Below are positions 8,723-22,959 of a stretch of 64,000 nucleotides of DNA, one piece after another. The translations under genes were made by a program, and so were the position numbers. The DNA lies in contig OZ199838.1 of NCBI GenBank assembly GCA_964304625.1, positions 3,794,705 through 3,858,704 of the forward strand, read 5' to 3'. The stretch's first letter is position 1. Each line of letters opens with the position of its first letter. The notes under the pieces are model-generated. The model was not told where the DNA came from. It did not search any database and saw nothing but the letters and a program-made list of their open reading frames with translations. The stretch is from Kudoa neothunni. Lineage: Eukaryota; Animalia; Cnidaria.

Positions 8723-10249
8723 TTTCGACTTCTAGGAGAGGATTTCTCTTCTCTTTATATATGTTATAACGTGAAAATTTTATTACACACAAAAAATTAT
8801 TTTTGTTTACATTATTTTCTATTTGTATATAATTTCCGAGTCGGTCTCTATTATAATGTCTTACAATTTTTCGAATCCTAAAAATAATTTTATCGATTTT
8901 AATGCACCTAGAATATAATTATTTTTATTTGGACACATGGATTTTATGAATATAACAATTTCCTATTACGTGTCAGTATATTTACTTATTGTTACATATC
9001 ATTTTTTAACTGAATTTTGAGCCATATTATACATATAATACTTACAATAATAAATAAAAATATAGATTTATTGTATGTTTAATTAAATTCATACATGCGT
9101 GCATACATGCATGCATGCTCAATAAACATTGATTTCATTTCAAAATTAATTTTTAATATGTAAATGTTAATCAATTAGATATCGCCAGGTTAATACAATT
9201 TCTTCTTTTTAACCTTTGAATTTTAATTTAAAATTTATTCTATATATATATATCAAATAAATTTTATTATTATTATTTAATAATGTCTTTTCTAATTGAT
9301 ATTTAATTATTAGTCTTTGAAACTTCAATGTTTCTAGATGATGAATTAAATGTGTTGTGGACCATATCCATCCATCACCATTGATGGTTAAAGCATTAAT
9401 AAAACAAATAAAATTTATATATGAATCAACATTATTGATTTCCCTTTCAAATAAATTATATTGAATCCAATACGAGATTTATAAGTAAAATAATTTTTAC
9501 AGATAAATTCAATGTTGATAAAATTTGTTAACTTAAAATATAAACTGGTGATTACGTGAAAAATAATTGTTACTTCAATTTATATTAATCGAATAATACA
9601 TTTAAAAAATTATCCTATAAATTAAACTATCGCAAACTTAGCATTTTTATAGTTCGAGTAATTTATCATATTAAATATCAGAAAAATATTTTTAGACTAT
9701 AAATGTAGAAACATTAATTTAAAAAAGTATAATAGCGGTCCAAATTATTATTTATATTCAATGTAATCAAGTTTAAAAATAAGCTACATTCATTAACAAT
9801 TTTATTTAAAATAAATAATAAATTACTTGTACAGGGCAAACTTACATAAATTCTGAAAATATTGCTTCAAAGTTGTCCCATCGACCTATGATTGTAGCTG
9901 TTATAAATCTGATAATCAATCGCACGTAACGTAACTGATTGATTACCATACTATCAGATTATGATAACATTGATACTTTAGCTCTGTATCAATAGATTTT
10001 ATTGCATAGGCACTAATTTATTAGAATACAAAATAACGTGAATTTTGGTGTTTTAAATAAGGCATGTCAGTCAGTTCTTCTGTTTGAGAGTGCATATTGG
10101 TATCAGTGAAAATGTTCTAAAAAATAAATATTAGTCTAAAATGTCAGTAAAAAATCTTATTACTTTATTTTATTTATTCTAAGGTTTATTGTATTATTAA
10201 AAGTTGAGTGGGGCACCAACCATAATGTTTGGGACAGGTGTCAAACAAA

Positions 10250-11040
10250 TCCCTCTTTCATTCGTGTGGATTTATCTTATCAATAATTTTTTCGTGATTT
10301 AATCCGAGTGCCCATATTTTTAATTTATAATTGGGTTGAATGATGAACCATTAAGCATGCTGAACAAATATTGAATCAAGATGTTAATAATTTACAGTTC
10401 TATAACATAAATGTATTTAAATTGCTAAAATAATTAGGAGAACTACCTTGCAGCTTTTGGAACAATAAGGCACCTTTTAGATTCGACAAATTTGAACAAA
10501 AACTTGCAGTGCAGCGATATTTACTCTATGAAACGCCTCAGATTATTGCATTAAGTTGTTTGAAGTTCTTCTATAACCAATACATCAGAAGAATTGAAAA
10601 TTTCCAGCATGCCAACAGTATCAGAAGATACTGAAAAAGAATGTAATAATTTCACAATTGAGATTTTTAATATTGGTTTGTAACTTTACAACAAATTTCA
10701 AGTTACTCGACCCTCTCATTTCACCCAAAATTTAAAGATTACGCTGATGCGTAACTTTTGCATGTGTTGGTATCTCTGAATAATGCCAAGCTATATGATG
10801 ATTTTTCCGCCAATAAAAGGATAGACCGGTTTGAAACTGTATAGACGATAGAAAATTGAGCAGAATATTACAATCTACCTCTTTTATGTAAAAAAAATGA
10901 AAATTTTCAGCTTCTTAATTAGATTCATTCCAATTTCTAACATTGGTGCTTAAAAAATACTTTTCAAGCATGTCTGGACAAAAATAGCGAAGTATCATTC
11001 AATTATATGATTTATGTAACCATGATCAATTAAAAATAAA
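10250..11040 (+). pseudogene. Possible heavily decayed hAT transposase C-terminal remnant
   Basis: Fragments LLDP (~10700) and IPISNIGA*K..FSSM (~10925-10975) resemble the hAT dimerisation motif (IP.Sn...ER.FS). Many stops and frameshifts. Confidence 0.3.
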
Positions 11041-12249
11041 GTCGTTTGTTTTGTGTCATTTGCCAAAGTTTCTTTACTGGCAGGTGTATCAGACCATTGG
11101 AAAATTCCAACAGTGGTTTTATGACCTACGTTAATATCATCTTAGTAAGTTTTGCAATAGTCGCAGCCGGTCGGGAGTTGCTATTGGCACGAACAAATTG
11201 TTTTTACCTACTTAGGGGATTCTTTTTAAATTTTAATGATTCAAAAAATTATTAAAATGGATTATATATTAATGTGAAAAAAATAAAATAATTTTGTATC
11301 TAGGAATCTGTGATATAACGCGTTACTTAGGAAAGACCCATCCTCATCATTATCGTAATTTATCGCTGTGAATGCTCTATTTTCTTCATAAACTTGTTTA
11401 ACATTTGAATGAAATGTTTCTATGATTTTTCATCAGTAAGAAATTTATTCGTTCCACGTATCGTGCAATAATAATTTTCTGATATGATATATCCGTGTTA
11501 TATTCATAGTTTTAAATGAATTCACTGTTGTAATCATGTTATTTGCTATTTTCAATATTTTTGAATTGATTTCATCCATATAAATGGTCGTCGTAAACCC
11601 AAAACTCCAAATGGCGTCAAATGTCCGACATTGATATTTTTTATAATATCGGCATCAAATCACTCAATGTAAATAAATGTTATGAATAGGATTTTTTATT
11701 TGAAAATAAATCCAATTTATTGATTTATACCTAATCAGGACACTTCGCATACTCCCTTATTTAGACTTTGCATACAAACTGAATTTTGACGATACTAGTT
11801 GAAATTTAATGTTCTCAATTAAAATATATAGTTGTTATTATCCACTATAACAATTTTATTCATATTTGGAGGATTATTTTCAACTTTTAAATATATAACT
11901 TTTTATTAGTGATTTTATTCAAAAAATGTTGGACTTAGACATTTTTTCACCAAGCCGTGTATCACACAGATGTTCTCATGAATTCTACTGCATGACTATA
12001 TGAATTTTGTAAAATTGATTGAATATATTTGATAAAAAAATCCTTTTAAATTATTGTAACATAAATACCATCTTATGGATGGGTAAAATACACATTCATA
12101 ATGGTATAAGATATATTTAAATAGCATATGAATTAAAAAGAAAGCTTTTTTATCACAATTTCTCTTACTATCATTCTTCTGTTTTACAATTCATACAACT
12201 CTAATATTTTGATGACGGGTTTAGTTTAATATGTTGGCATTTAAAATAG

Positions 12250-12900
12250 CTCGATTGAAGACATATGTCGCAGCCTATAGTCTCATTGTTGATTTCCCAT
12301 ATCTCTAAATATCTTCCTTTTTTATTTGAATTTTTTTAAAATTGCAGGCTCTTTGTATGTGATTTATAAGAGTGCTTCATGTTAGACACTTTATTCAATG
12401 AAACAAAGTTCCCTTTTCTCGTAATACTTTTTCTTGGATTACTTTGGAATTTCCGTTAATTTGAACAAATTGAGCGATAACATCACTTTCATCCTTTGAT
12501 ATTTTATTTCTATTATGCAAAAATTGTGATGAAAAGTTCATAGAATCATGGTTATGAGATAAGTCAAGGGATTTTAACACGAGCTTTTTTACATCGGCGG
12601 TGACTGAGAATTTTAGAAATATTGGGCATGTTTTGTAATAAGAATTCTAATTTCTTTTACCAACAGATCGTTTTCTTTAAAATAACGACTGCATGTTTTC
12701 AAACTTGAATGCATATACAAAATTTATTTAAATTTTTGAAGAAATTAAGTTTTTTTCGCGATGAACCCAGCAGTATTTTGTATGATAAAACTAAAGTATT
12801 GGATTTAACGTTTCATTACATCGCTTCTAAGCTCTTTCGATGGTTTAAGAGTCATATATAGATAAACTGCCCGTGGAGTTTTGTTCGTATTATTCTATTT
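12250..12900 (-). pseudogene. Possible decayed MULE-like transposase remnant
   Basis: KYCWVHREKN (~12755-12780) fits the MULE CxxH motif. Cys-rich fragments (IGCDIC) lie downstream. No long ORF. Confidence 0.3.
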
Positions 12901-13329
12901 TCAACTTTAACCCCTCAAAAATGCTAAAAGTATTTCCAGTTTGAAAAATCGTACTAAGTTCAGGCAATCTCATTTCGTAAACACGCGCATAGGAGTAGAA
13001 TTAAAATTTTTCTTCTACTATAACCAAATATCTTTAAATACAATAATTATACACTTTATGTTTTTGGTCTTGAGAAAAATCTTACATTTTTTACAATAAT
13101 TTTGTATTACAACATTAAGGGATGATTACAATAAAATTAAAACTATTAAAACAAAAATTTTAGTTACATAGATAGTTAAAAATTAAATCAGAACTAAAAA
13201 TGTTCATTTGAATAAATAAATAACTCATAAACTCAATAAAAAGACTTTTTACGGTCCATTTAGTCGAAACCATATTACATAATACAGAATGTTTTTAACC
13301 GATATAACTCGATAAAAAAATTAAGTAAG

Positions 13330-15800
13330 CACTTGCAAGTTGTTTTATATCAGACAACACAGATTTACTATAATGAAAAGCTCGAAAATTAAATAAATCA
13401 ATTTGTTCGGGCCAATAGACACTGCCTTAAAAATAAATCTGTAAAGACATCTGCAAGAACATGTTGAATTTGGTGATCATTATCACTAAAAAAGAAACTA
13501 AATTTGATAATTTTGGGTGAAACAATAAAAATGGATATATTTTACATAATGCTAATGAAATAGTAATGGTTTGAAAATTTTTGTCATGGCTGGATGTTAT
13601 TTCAGGAATATAAAAGTTATTGTATATTTTTAAATATAATTAAAAAGTAGTGCTATTAATATTTTCATATATGAAAAAATTCATTTTATAACTAATTCTC
13701 TAATATCTAGTATAACATGAAATATTTATTGTATAAGTATAATGGATTAGTCTTCATTACCTCAATTCATCGAGGACAATATCCGAAGATGCGATGATAA
13801 AATCTCAAAACTATCACAAAATGTAGAAAAAATCAAAAAAGCCTATGTAAAGGAGATAGGCTTTTATGGTTAGAATGTAATCTGAAATGAACAATCGAAG
13901 AAAATTCATACTGGAAATAATGGTCTGCTAAATTAAATAGCGTAAACCTTTCCTATTGAGTGGCGAATTTGAAAACAATAGCTAATAGAGTACTACGAAC
14001 TTAACAACTTATCCAATCGTACAAACAACTAAGGATTAATTGAATTCGAGGTTGTTGCATATCAACTGTCTTTATTTATTCAAAATTTAAACAGCTGTCT
14101 GTCTATTAAACTACCAAAACAAAATTAATCGATATTATCATATATTGGAAATGTTTTTGATGCATTTGTGGTAGAATGAAGGAATACCAATGATTAAGCG
14201 GGTTTCATTTGTTGCTTTATGTTGCTGTATCGTTCCACAATAAAGAATTAACTGGAACTAGTTTGACCTGAATGAAAAGTAGTAGAGAACAGCTAGATAC
14301 ATGAATATCATAAAGCAAATGTTAGGTCCAGATAAAATACAAATATGTGAATAAAAAATTCATTTTATAATCAAGTTGATTTAAGATCGGAAGGTGAAAA
14401 AAAAATAAAAATCTGATGAATAGAAATTTAAAATATAGAAAATGATGTTTATTGAAGGAAAGCCTTAAGCAATTTGAAATGTTGACGAATTACAAAGAGA
14501 TTACAAAAAAAGGTAATATATAAAAATAAAAAATGTAGAAAATAAGTCACGATGTAAATTAGCAATAACCTTATTAATCACTGAACCCATCGAATCTCGT
14601 AAGCACACAAAAGATCAATCGTACACGGAAAAGTAATAAATATTGGTTTGAAGTTGATATAATCAACTCAAATTCATCAGTAAGGAAGGAGGTGGGAGCA
14701 TAAAATAACAATGACATTTAAAACAACATCGTTATTATTGTGTAAGAAGTATATTAAAACGGCATGAAACGAAATAAAATAATGAAGTTGTTGTCTGTGT
14801 CTCTTTTTTGAACAAAATATGAAAAATCTAACAGATAATAGATTTGTAATATGATTATTTAGCTAAAGGATGGGGATATTACTGTTTAAGTAACTATGCT
14901 GACATAATAATGCTATGGACTCATTATTTCGATAAAATTGGGTTGTTTTTTTTTAAATAATTATAGTTAAATTTTTTTAAACTTTATCGCAAAATTCATC
15001 TTCAATGTAAATTATGACAGGAAAAGTGATTTTGTCGAATTTATCCGTAAGCATTCAGACTTAAGATATATAGCGAAAACAAATATCAGGTTTCGAATTC
15101 AAATTCAGAAGATATGACGGACCCCAAGCACATATTACAAAGTTAGAATTATGTGCTTTCAGTAACATAATAGTTGTTGAAAGATAATCACTAGCAGAAA
15201 CACTCGGAGACATTGGAATTCCAAGTTCAACGTTATCTGATATGTTTCAAAAAATTATGATAGAGAAACGTAAATGAGGAAACAAAGACAATGTAAAAAT
15301 AGTGAAACTAATTGAAGCCATTGAACGCATAATTCTTCATCAGGTTGATGACGATGGTACAATCACGTTAAAATTTATAGTTCAAAATAATCAGATATTA
15401 ACGTGTGTGTTACCGCTGTGTGAGATTTGGGGAATCATTAAATATTTGTTTCTTGTGATGGTTATTGTAAAATTTTCATTATTTTCGAACTCTTGCTAAG
15501 AAATACTTTCAAAAATGAAAAATAGAGTGAGACGATATGATCATATTCAAGTAGCAACTAACTTGTTTCTACACATGGAGCATTCTTCGGAGGAAATTCA
15601 CGAAGCTCAGTTAAAAATCTTCTTTAAACATTCGGAATTATTACTTTCTTCAAAACGTTATTTGACATTTAGTAATACAGAATTTATTAAAAAACTAAAT
15701 CAACGATGACCTGAAATTAAAAATTTAATCTCAAGCCGTTAGTGTTTCTTTCTGGATTTGGTCGAAAACATTGATATATATATTGTAATTTTATGACTTT
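13330..15800 (+). pseudogene. Decayed hAT-like transposase debris (probably two elements)
   Basis: Fragments WSAKLNSV (~13921), RHWNSKFNVI (~15210; TRWNS-like) and LKIFFKHSELLLSSKRYLTFS (~15610-15675). Confidence 0.3.
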
Positions 15801-17351
15801 TATGATCAAAAAAATACATTTTGATAATTTAAACTTAAGTTGTTGCATATAAAGGGTGAAAATAAAAAAATAAGAGGGGAGAAGAAATCATTTGCGATCA
15901 TTCTAGCACAGTTCGTCCAGGAGCCTTCAACGACGATAAATGTGGGGGAAAATTAATCAGCTATTTTTGGGAATTTAAGTGGGATAAATTATAAGTAAAA
16001 ACAGGTTAAGAAACTATGGGACAACAGTGCAAAACCATTTCGACCAAAATTAGTCAATAAATCGTTTTCTTTCATTACTTTTCATTCCTAACAAGAAGAA
16101 AAATTTGTGATATAACAAAAGAATCTGAAGGCTGAAGATTCTAGAGAAAATGGATTGATTTATATTTTATTTTATAATGATTTTTGAGCGATACTTCCAG
16201 GATAATCATGATAAAATTTTGGATTTAAAGTTAACCAACAGGAAAATATTTTTAAATTTAGTCACAATGAAGGAATAAGGAAGGAAAATCTTTAATAACC
16301 CGATAATTGTTCGTTAGGATGAAAATATTCAGATCATTAATCCACACATGATGTTATTTTCTTTATATTTAAATAAAATTCTATCAAAGATATCATTAAA
16401 CTTTTCTATATGGTCCACTGAAGATATAGGAACGAAACAACGAAGCATGACTACACTTTAGCCTGCGATCGCGACCGACAATATGCGGATATAAAGGCGT
16501 GTAAATGTAGTCAAATATTTTTAAAGATTAATTTTGTTATTATTCTTATCAAAAATTTGAAAAAAAAATAAAATCACATTAACTTTTTATTATTAATAAG
16601 CTGTTGGGAGTGTTGTGCCAATGTGAGCACAAGAACCAAAAATAATAGACTTATATCCGCATATACGTAGAGACACCTCCACTAACCCTCCAAGTAAAAT
16701 CAGATCGAAATCTATCCCACGTGATGTTTAAAACCATTTTTTACCAAATAAATTAAAGATTAATGGTAAAAATTCAGTCTAATCTTGTAACCATTTTATA
16801 GTATAAATATTAGGAATAAAAAGGTGTATCAGTTAAATATAAACAAAGTTACTTCAACAATCTCTTCCAAGTAAAAACGAGATAAAAATCTCTACCAGTT
16901 TTTGTTATAAAACTATCTATAATAAATAGTTATTGAATTTGGAACAGTATTAGTCGATTGTATTGATTAGATCTGAGTTAATCAAGAAACACTATTATTA
17001 AGCCCCGTGTGCATATGCTCTCATCTCGTTTTGCGTGCAATGAGTTCGTGCGAATACAGTGAAAGTTTCTCAGATTCGACTCACCAGACACTTATTACAG
17101 TCTATTAACGAAGAATCTTCAGATAAATGCGATTTTCGTATAAACCTTCCAGCCGATTGTCTTATTGACGCGAATGGAACATTATAGAAGACTGAGACTA
17201 CACTCTCTACTCGAACGTCAGCCAAAAACATTTTGTATAATCGTTTCGGACATTTTTCAAGAAATCACGCCGTTTTCTTGTTATTTTTGTTACTTTTTTG
17301 TGTAAATATTACATTTATTAGTGCGCGATAAACTTTAGAAAATTCTTCACA

Positions 17352-19860
17352 TTAACCCTCCCCGGGCCGAGCTCGTGGAAAAAACGAATGTTCCCAACGG
17401 GGTCTTTTTTGACCCCAGTAATTTTTTACTTATTATTTTCGTTTTAAAAATTAAGTAAATTTCACAAATAATGTTTTTAATATAATTAGATTAACCTGTT
17501 AGAACTTTATACAGCGAATACATTAACAATAAAAATCACAAACATTCGGATAAAAACAAAAATGCTTATTAATATATACCAGAAAACACATCATACTTTT
17601 AGTTTTCAAGTAATTCGCGAGGAACCCCGACATCCAAACAATTTTTAAATATAGAAACCCCAGAAGATCATGATTCTCCATTAATCACGTTTTCTGGAGA
17701 ACTTACTGGAGCTTTGCATTAATCTGAGATCAAAATTTGGTTTTAATATCCTCCCAAAATTAAGAGTTTCGTTAATTGAAATTTATATTTAGGGGTAATA
17801 ATGATTATTTGGTTTAGAACTATATATTATAACCCTTCTTTTATCGTTACGGTTGACGTATTTTTGAGATTTGAATACAAGGTTATAATTGTAACGATGT
17901 TTGTGTATAAAACCAAAGAAGGAAATCTCCAAGAAAAATTGTAACACAAATAAAATATTCCCATTCACATGAAGTTAATGATCTAGTAACAAAATATCGA
18001 GAAAACTAGGAACGAACTCCTTCATAGATAGAAACTAAGTTATGTTTATAATAATATACGAATTTAACTTTATACGAATTAAGCATGCTAATAAACGACA
18101 TCATTTTTAAATATTTTTATTAAAAAATTTCCATAATCGACGAGTTATATGAGATTAATTAACTCAATTATTTAGGTAGTTTAATCTGTGCGCCAAAAAA
18201 ATCTGCGAAACTAACAATCATTATCTATATTACATGTTTGACAATAGGCAACATTCTTTTTAGATCTATATGATGAGCAGATGGGTATTTTACAATTATG
18301 ACACTTCACGTTGGTTTTTCGATCCGTATTTCTTGAGTAAAACGCACACCTTGACCTTTTATATATAGAACTCAACCCTGTCGAATTGGATACATCATTA
18401 TTATTTGTGTACTTGTTAAACAGTTCAAACTGTATTTTATGTGTTATTGATAATTAGATCCGCAGTTTGACGAAGTAACACATTCGATTGAATTAAATCG
18501 ATGCACAGGTCTCTTAAGAAATGTTGTCTGCGACTTCGATCATCAGCTCTCCAAATTAGGAAATTTGGATGCCCATATGACATAAGCATCGAGAGCTGAT
18601 ATATCTACCAAATTCAACAACCTTACAGCCCGGTCATTTAGCTTTATTGTAGTGACGAATAATTGTTGGTCTCTTCATCACATCTGTTTCTATTTCACCA
18701 TGATTTATTTCACTGAACAATAAATAAACAACCCGATTCTTTTTCGAGATATATGACATCATTGTCATGTCATTATAGAAATAAAAAGTGGACGAAAATT
18801 CAGGTTAATTTTAAAAATTCAACAAACGTTGAGGAATGTACATGTTATTGCGCCTAACAGTGCCGTTAACGTAATTTTATTTTGTAGCAAGAAAGTTCCT
18901 AGCGGAACCATTGTAAAAAGTTATCAATGGTGACACCACGACCCGATCCATAAAAGGTTCAATTGGTTCCTTGTCAACTTTCCCCTCTGTTTTGAATCCC
19001 TAATGCCTTCAATCTTACCTGTGTAAAATTTAATATTCAATAAATACGACGTCTCGACACCCGCAGCGACCTATAACTTCATACCGTGGCGAGAGGGTTT
19101 ATTTTTTCTGTACAATCGAAATGGACATCCGCAGCGAAATGCTACCATTCTTTCACCAACGATTATGTGAGAACCAGAAGAATAGTTTTTTCGGAAAGAA
19201 TCATTTATTTCATTAAAAATTTCACAATTGGTTCAAATTTATCATTAGATAAATTCAATCTAAATTTTCTGGTTAGTCTACCATCAAACCGTATTACACG
19301 ATATATACGAGGAAAACGATTTCTTGAGATGGCTACAGAAAAAAAATATTATTAAATTAGAAGGTTTTTATCACAAATATTTTTTAATGATAATTTAGAA
19401 CCATTATATCATCCCGATGTAATTAATATCCAATAAAAGATTTTAATTCTTCAGTGGTTATTTTTTTCATTTCTATATCTGCTATTGGGATAACAAAAAT
19501 TGTTCGCGTAATATAAAATTTTTTCTAGGATGGAGTTAAACATAAAAAGTTGAAAACAATCAGAAATGTTGTTCAAATTTTTAGCATCACCTAAAGGTCC
19601 CGAGTTAATTGTGAACTCTAGTTTCCGTTCTTGTTTGATTTGTAATATCCCACAGAATTCCTGATTTCAACATTGATTTATTGTTATCAATTTGACATTC
19701 ATCATCATTTCGCGAATCAGAACATGGTTCTTAACCTTCCACAATATCTTCATGATATGAGGCATCTGATAGGTCACCTTCAAATTCAAGGTCGCCATCA
19801 GTGCTTTGATCAGCCTCTACATTATCATCGAGTAGTTTATTCAGATCTTTTTTATACTAA
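17352..19860 (-). mobile_element. Decayed piggyBac element: transposase pseudogene (~18180-19860) and a probable terminus at 17352
   Basis: Minus-strand motifs in piggyBac order: acidic N-terminus, IIVGERMVAFRCGCPFR, KPSRHGMK, RGVTIDNF, NGTVRRNNMYIP, KRPTIIRHYNKAK, then Cys-rich RSRCAF..TNVKCHNCKIPIC..YCQTC. TTAA|CCCT at 17352 with a GGGGTC-T-run-GACCCC subterminal palindrome (~17399-17416). Confidence 0.85.
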
Positions 19861-21749
19861 ATGACTAAATAAAAATTAAATTTCAAATTGACCACGTAAT
19901 GTTACTTATCTGTTCCTAATTATTACTTCTCACGGTAATCTGATACCAACTAATCCCTTTAGTTTTTGGGCATCACTCGATAAGTGAGTGATAAAATCAA
20001 AATGTTTCTACCCATACTTGGTTTAATAATTTTTCAACGTTTCAGATTCATTTTATTTAATTTCAGTACCTAAATTCTAATAATCAAATTATTAGGTCTA
20101 CTTCTAACCAAGGTTTACTGATGTGTGATGAGATATCCAGACAATGTCCGTTCGTATGTTCGTTGGTGTCATGGGCGAACGAACTTTTCTGATCTTAAAA
20201 TTTTGGGAACGAAACCATTCGTGCGTTTAGTATGCGAGGATGGTGGTAGAGTATGCGATGTAGCGAACGAGGGTCGAATACATGACCCCTTAAACTTAAA
20301 AGTGGCGAGACCTTATTACTTGACTATGGACCATAGCGCTGGCGCACGATTACGCGCTATTGTTAATATGTGGATACGCCACAACGATACCTAAAAACAC
20401 TCTCTTGCGCATGTTTTCGAATATCTTTTTTTCACGATTGTCCATAATAAAATAATAACCTCTAAATTTAATGAATTTTTCATTCCGAACGCGGTCGGAT
20501 ACACGCGGAATCTCCATATTTTTTCAACAAACATTGAATTTTCTTCGTTTCTCTCTTAGTTATTAACTCAATAGTTTATTATTATTATTTCGTTTTGTTA
20601 CTGTCGGTATATACAAATTTTATACGAACTAACTTAAAATATAAACTTATTGCAATGTCTCACAAGAAGATCTTATTTTTTACTATAATAAAGTACTTTT
20701 CGAATTTTAAAAAATAGATGTTGATGTTGTACGATTTTTTTTAGTTTATAACTTTTTTTTATTAAACTTGTTATTAGACATTAAGAATTAATTAAGTTTT
20801 TATTATTAACCTTCAGAAATCTAATTTTTTGAAATGACAATAGAAAATTGTTTTACATCACAATGTCTGCAATATATTTTTATTGTTTTGTAAGTTTTTG
20901 TGTCAGTCGAAATTTACTAACAACAAATTCGGACCGTTGTACGAATTGAGAATATTACGAAGTGTAAACTCAATATCTTAACTAAGGTTATTATTTTGAT
21001 CGGTACGCATATAATTGACTAAAACTAATAAATGTAAAGAAATAACAATTTTTTGAATTTTAATAACAATATTTTTTACGTTTATCGAATGTTATACTAA
21101 ACACACACGTAACAATTCCTCTAATATAGTAATAACTTCATATAATCAACCTTTAATTATTTACCTATTGAAATTAAATGTTTATCTAAAATATAGTGTT
21201 TATTTATTTTTAAAAACTCACCAGTCCTAAGAATATTAAGAAAATGCATTTTGAGAGCACGTGGTTGTCCTCGTTTTAAACTATTCACAATTAAAACCAA
21301 TAAAAACACGAATAGATAAATCTGATATTGTAAAATTTATGTTTATATGCTAAAAAATATAAAGAATATCCAATTTATGAGTGATTTTCAAAAACAAATT
21401 AGACAACAATTCAATGTTTGTCGGAAAAAAGATGGAGATTGCACGTATATCCGATATCGTTCGGATGATGAATTATGAAAAATTTAGAAGTTATTATTTT
21501 AAGCTAAATTTTATCTCTCCTTATTCTTTTGTTTTATTATGGACAATCATGAAAAAAAGAAAATCGAAAAAACGTGAGTAAATGGGCGTTTTTAGATGCC
21601 GCATACTCTACCATTGCCAAAAAGATCTTAGATATGAAACTAATATTGAATTCTAAGCCAACAAAATGTGAGGGATTGAATATAAACAATTACAATCTTT
21701 ACCTTGATTTACTGTACTTTTTGAGGTATGTTACCTCATATGTCATAAT

Positions 21750-22650
21750 TTCATATTTTATTACCAAATAGAAATTTGACATCAGTGTTTTTTTCAAAGA
21801 TAATTAAACTGATTTTGGAAACAGAACCTTGCTATATTAAGTTATGTTATAGTCAGATCTGTCGAAACGTTTTTTAGAATGACAAAAATACTTTCAAACC
21901 CTAATTTTATAAGTCTAATAATTAGAAATGAATTGTTTAAGTGGCTAAGTTAGGTTTGTTTAGTTTCTTTTAAGATAATGCAAAATAACACATAATAAAG
22001 AGGAGTGAATTAAACTTACTCCGAAAGTGTCTTACTTTTAATGTTATTAGTATGAACTACTAATTTTCTAAGGTTTTTTTTCTTTGAGTTTTCCAATAAA
22101 TGAGCGGATTTTTGTAAACCTGATTGACTTTTTCTTGGATGTACCGTTGAATGGTTTTTCGAAGATTCCGGGATCTTTGGAATTAATTCTAAATTTTTTT
22201 AAATGTTTGTTACAAACAAAGATTTACCTTCAAATTTGTTTTTCTTAAATGGATAATTTTGTTCAGCCATGCCGGAAAAAACGACTCAATGTGGTTTATC
22301 ACTAAATTTAATTCTTTATTTCGCAAAGACTCACACTCAATAAATTTGAATTTTCTAAAATTTCCGTGGATAAAAGCTTCGATTGTATGGTTGATATCTG
22401 ATACATTGTGTGTATTCTTCGTCCAATAAACTTTCCAAGTGCATACAATAATTACCCATAAGAGTTTCACGTTGCTTTTGAAAAATTCAATTTCAGCAAC
22501 GCATTCGTTCTTGTCCAATCCATAAAAGTATTTTTTAGTTGGACGATTCTCTAACACATCCTCCTAATTATCGAAACACGCCATTAACGTCCTATATCGA
22601 TCGCTGAGACCACTCCATGGTCGCATAGCTGAGCCCCATTATATTTTCAT
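21750..22650 (-). pseudogene. Unidentified decayed coding remnant, possibly MULE-type transposase
   Basis: ORF 22210-22557 contains YW...INHTIEAF, loosely like the MULE YW..TNN.iE motif. Weak. Confidence 0.2.
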
Positions 22651-22959
22651 TTGTAATTTTGACTGTAAATCTGCGGTTTATTAACAGATTCGCACAGTTT
22701 GTCAACATTCGCCCTTAGTATAGATAAATCGAAATTAGATATCATAGCGAAAGTAAAATTTATTTATAAATTCATTAGTGATAAAAAAAATGTAATCAAT
22801 ATATTAAAATACATGACATATAAATTATTAAAATATTGATTAAAACAGTTTTACATCAATTTAATACATAAAATACCTTGAGATATAATAGTGTTGAACT
22901 CTCTTAGACCAGATAGATTGTTTGCTGCGGAGTCACAAACAATTCTTAGATCCGATTTG

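Noticed and set aside
8544-8792. 82 aa minus-strand ORF upstream of the retrotransposon ORF (possible ORF1)
   Set aside because: It runs through the tRNA gene and unique flank, lies partly outside the repeated unit and has no domain features.
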